From assembly GCA_964016885.1 (NCBI GenBank), contig OZ024740.1, positions 290,718,001-290,782,000 on the forward strand: a stretch of DNA of 64,000 bases, given 5' to 3'. The first letter of the stretch is position 1. Each line of letters begins with the position of its first letter. This DNA comes from Eledone cirrhosa (Eukaryota). A program made the position numbers and the translations under genes. A model generated the notes under the pieces. The model was not told the origin of the DNA. It saw only the letters and a list, made by a program, of their open reading frames with translations, and did not search any database. This document shows positions 62,200 through 64,000 of this stretch, in pieces.

Positions 62200-64000
62200 A
62201 AAAACATTCCCAAATAAAAAACGGATCCCCAGATAAAAAACGGTCACCCAAATGAAAAATGGACCCTCAAATAAAAAACGACCCCCCCCACCCACCCACA
62301 CACACACACACCAAATAAAAAACGGGTCGCCAAATAAAAAACGGACCCCACCCCAATTAAAAAACGGAACTCCCAAATAAAAACGGACACCCCCAAATAA
62401 AAAACGGATCCCCAAATAAAAAACGGATCCTCAAATAAAAACGGATACCCCCCAAAAAACGGACCCCCAAATAAAAAACGGATTCCCCCAAATAAAAAAC
62501 GGATCCCCAAATTAAAAACGGACACCCTCCCAAATAAATAACGGATCCCCCTTCAATAAAAAACGGATCCCCAAATAAAAAACGGAACCCCAAATAAAAA
62601 ACGAATTCCCCCCAAATAAAAAACTGGCACCCCACCCCAAATAAATAACGGAGCCCAAATAAAAATTGGATCACCAAATAAAAAACGGAACCCCCAAATA
62701 AAAAACGGATCGCCCAAAATAAAAAACGGATACCCATATAAAAAACGGATCCCCACCCCAAATAAAAAAGGGATCCCCCAATAAAAAACGGATCCACCCA
62801 ATAGAAACGGACCCCCAAATAAAAAACGGCGCCCTCCAAATAAAAAACCCATTCCCAAATAAAAAACGGTCCTCCACCCCAAATAAAAAACGGATCGATT
62901 TCCAAATAAAAAATGTATCCCCAAATAAAAAACGGACACCCAAATAAAAAACATTCCCAAATAAAAAACGGATCCCCAAATAAAAAACGGTCACCCAAAT
63001 GAAAAATGGACCCCCAAATAAAAAAAGGATCCCCCCCCCCCACACACACACACCAAATAAAAAACGGGTCGCCAAATAAAAAACGGACCCCACTCCAATT
63101 AAAAAACGGAACTCCCAAATAAAAACGGACACCCCCAAATAAAAAACGGATCCCCAAATAAAAAACGGATCCTCAAATAAAAACGGATCCCCAAATAAAG
63201 AACGGACCCCCAAATAAAAAACGGATTCCCCCAAATAAAAAACGTATCCCCAAATTAAAAACGGACACCCTCCCAAATAAAAAACGGATCCCCCTTCAAT
63301 AAAAAACGGTTCCCCAAATAAAAAACGGACCCCCAAATAAAAAAAGGAATTCCCCCCAAATAAAAAACTGGCACCCCACCCCAAATAAATAACGGAGCCC
63401 AAATAAAAATTGGATCACCAAATAAAAAACGGAACCCCCAAATAAAAAACGGATCGCCCAAAATAAAAAACGGATACCCATATAAAAAACGGATCCCCAC
63501 CCCAAATAAAAAAGGGATCCCCCAATAAAAAACGGATCCACCCAATAGAAACGGACCCCCAAATAAAAAACGGCGCCCTCCAAATAAAAAACCCATTCCC
63601 AAATAAAAAACGGTCCTCCACCCCAAATAAAAAACGGATCGATTTCCAAATAAAAAATGTATCCCCAAATAAAAAACGGACACCCAAATAAAAAACATTC
63701 CCAAATAAAAAACGGATCCCCAAATAAAAAACGGTCACCCAAATGAAAAATGGACCCCCAAATAAAAAACGACCCCCCCCCCCCCACACACACACACCAA
63801 ATAAAAAACGGGTCGCCAAATAAAAAACGGACCCCACTCCAATTAAAAAACGGAACTCCCAAATAAAAACGGACACCCCCAAATAAAAAACGGATCCCCA
63901 AATAAAAAACGGATCCTCAAATAAAAACGGATCCCCAAATAAAAAACGGACCCCCAAATAAAAAACGGATTCCCCCAAATAAAAAACGTATCCCCAAATT
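62200..64000 (-). repeat. Higher-order repeat of the 19-bp subfamily, ~744-bp unit, at least 2.4 copies, truncated by the window end
   Basis: CGGGTCGCC at 62323, 63065 and 63809. CGGCGCCCTCC at 62827/63571. ORF starts at 62960/63704 and 63157/63901. Confidence 0.9.

Larger units (their letters stand above)
56021..64000 (-). repeat. Inverted, diverged ~19-bp satellite of the same family (T/G strand: CCGTTTTTTATTTGGGGAT / CCGTTTTTTATTTGGGTGT / CCGTTTTTTATTTGGGGGT); continues past the right edge
   Basis: + strand repeats AAATAAAAAACGGATCCCC, AAATAAAAAACGGACACCC and AAATAAAAAACGGACCCCC. The reverse complement shares CCGTTTTTTATTTGGG with class A. Many more substitutions and indels per monomer than in 1-56020. 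Confidence 0.97.

Noticed and set aside
56014-63978. Minus-strand ORFs in the inverted arm
   Set aside because: Same stop-poor strand artefact after the orientation flip, with overlapping ORFs in all frames.
1-64000. CRISPR array or other repeat-spacer system
   Set aside because: There are no unique spacers. The variable part is only a few bases from a small recurring set, and no cas or other genes are present.
48000-64000. Foldback transposon or fold-back sequencing chimera centred on 56020
   Set aside because: The arms are not mirror copies (different monomer length, core and higher-order structure), and no element ends or target-site duplication are visible in the window.
1-64000. Dense restriction-site motifs (KpnI GGTACC, ApaLI GTGCAC, ApaI GGGCCC, BamHI GGATCC) or NF-kB-like GGGAACCCC sites as designed or functional elements
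   Set aside because: They are a by-product of the GGG-NN-CCC dyad. Nothing indicates synthetic origin or factor binding; they are useful only as digestion markers.
1-64000. Assignment to a named satellite family, centromere or species
   Set aside because: I do not recognise the monomer with confidence. A Dfam/Repbase/BLAST search and CENH3 data would be needed.

Overview
The window is entirely non-coding tandem satellite DNA, most likely eukaryotic heterochromatin (inference; the organism cannot be identified from the sequence). Bases 1-56020 are a homogeneous ~20-bp satellite, T/G-rich on the + strand, built from two interleaved monomer classes: A = CGTTTTTTATTTGGGTGCCC and B = CGTTTTTTTATGGGGGGGTC. 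Rare variant monomers act as markers and reveal nested tandem duplications (about 397, 572, 673, 888/1089, 909, 1029, 1050, 2413 and 3611 bp) and at least two sub-domains with different diagnostic variants. At 56020/56021 the orientation flips with no spacer into a related but distinct, more diverged ~19-bp satellite (+ strand AAATAAAAAACGGATCCCC / AAATAAAAAACGGACACCC) with its own ~0.75-1 kb higher-order units and an embedded (CA)n microsatellite. All listed ORFs are artefacts of a strand that almost lacks stop codons. I see no credible gene, RNA gene, transposon or CRISPR array, and no new protein-based system. The notable signals are structural: the inverted junction between two subfamilies, a variant spectrum biased toward perfect palindromes, monomer-order rules, and layered array expansion. 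Periods and boundaries were read by eye from marker variants and ORF stop positions; boundaries are approximate.
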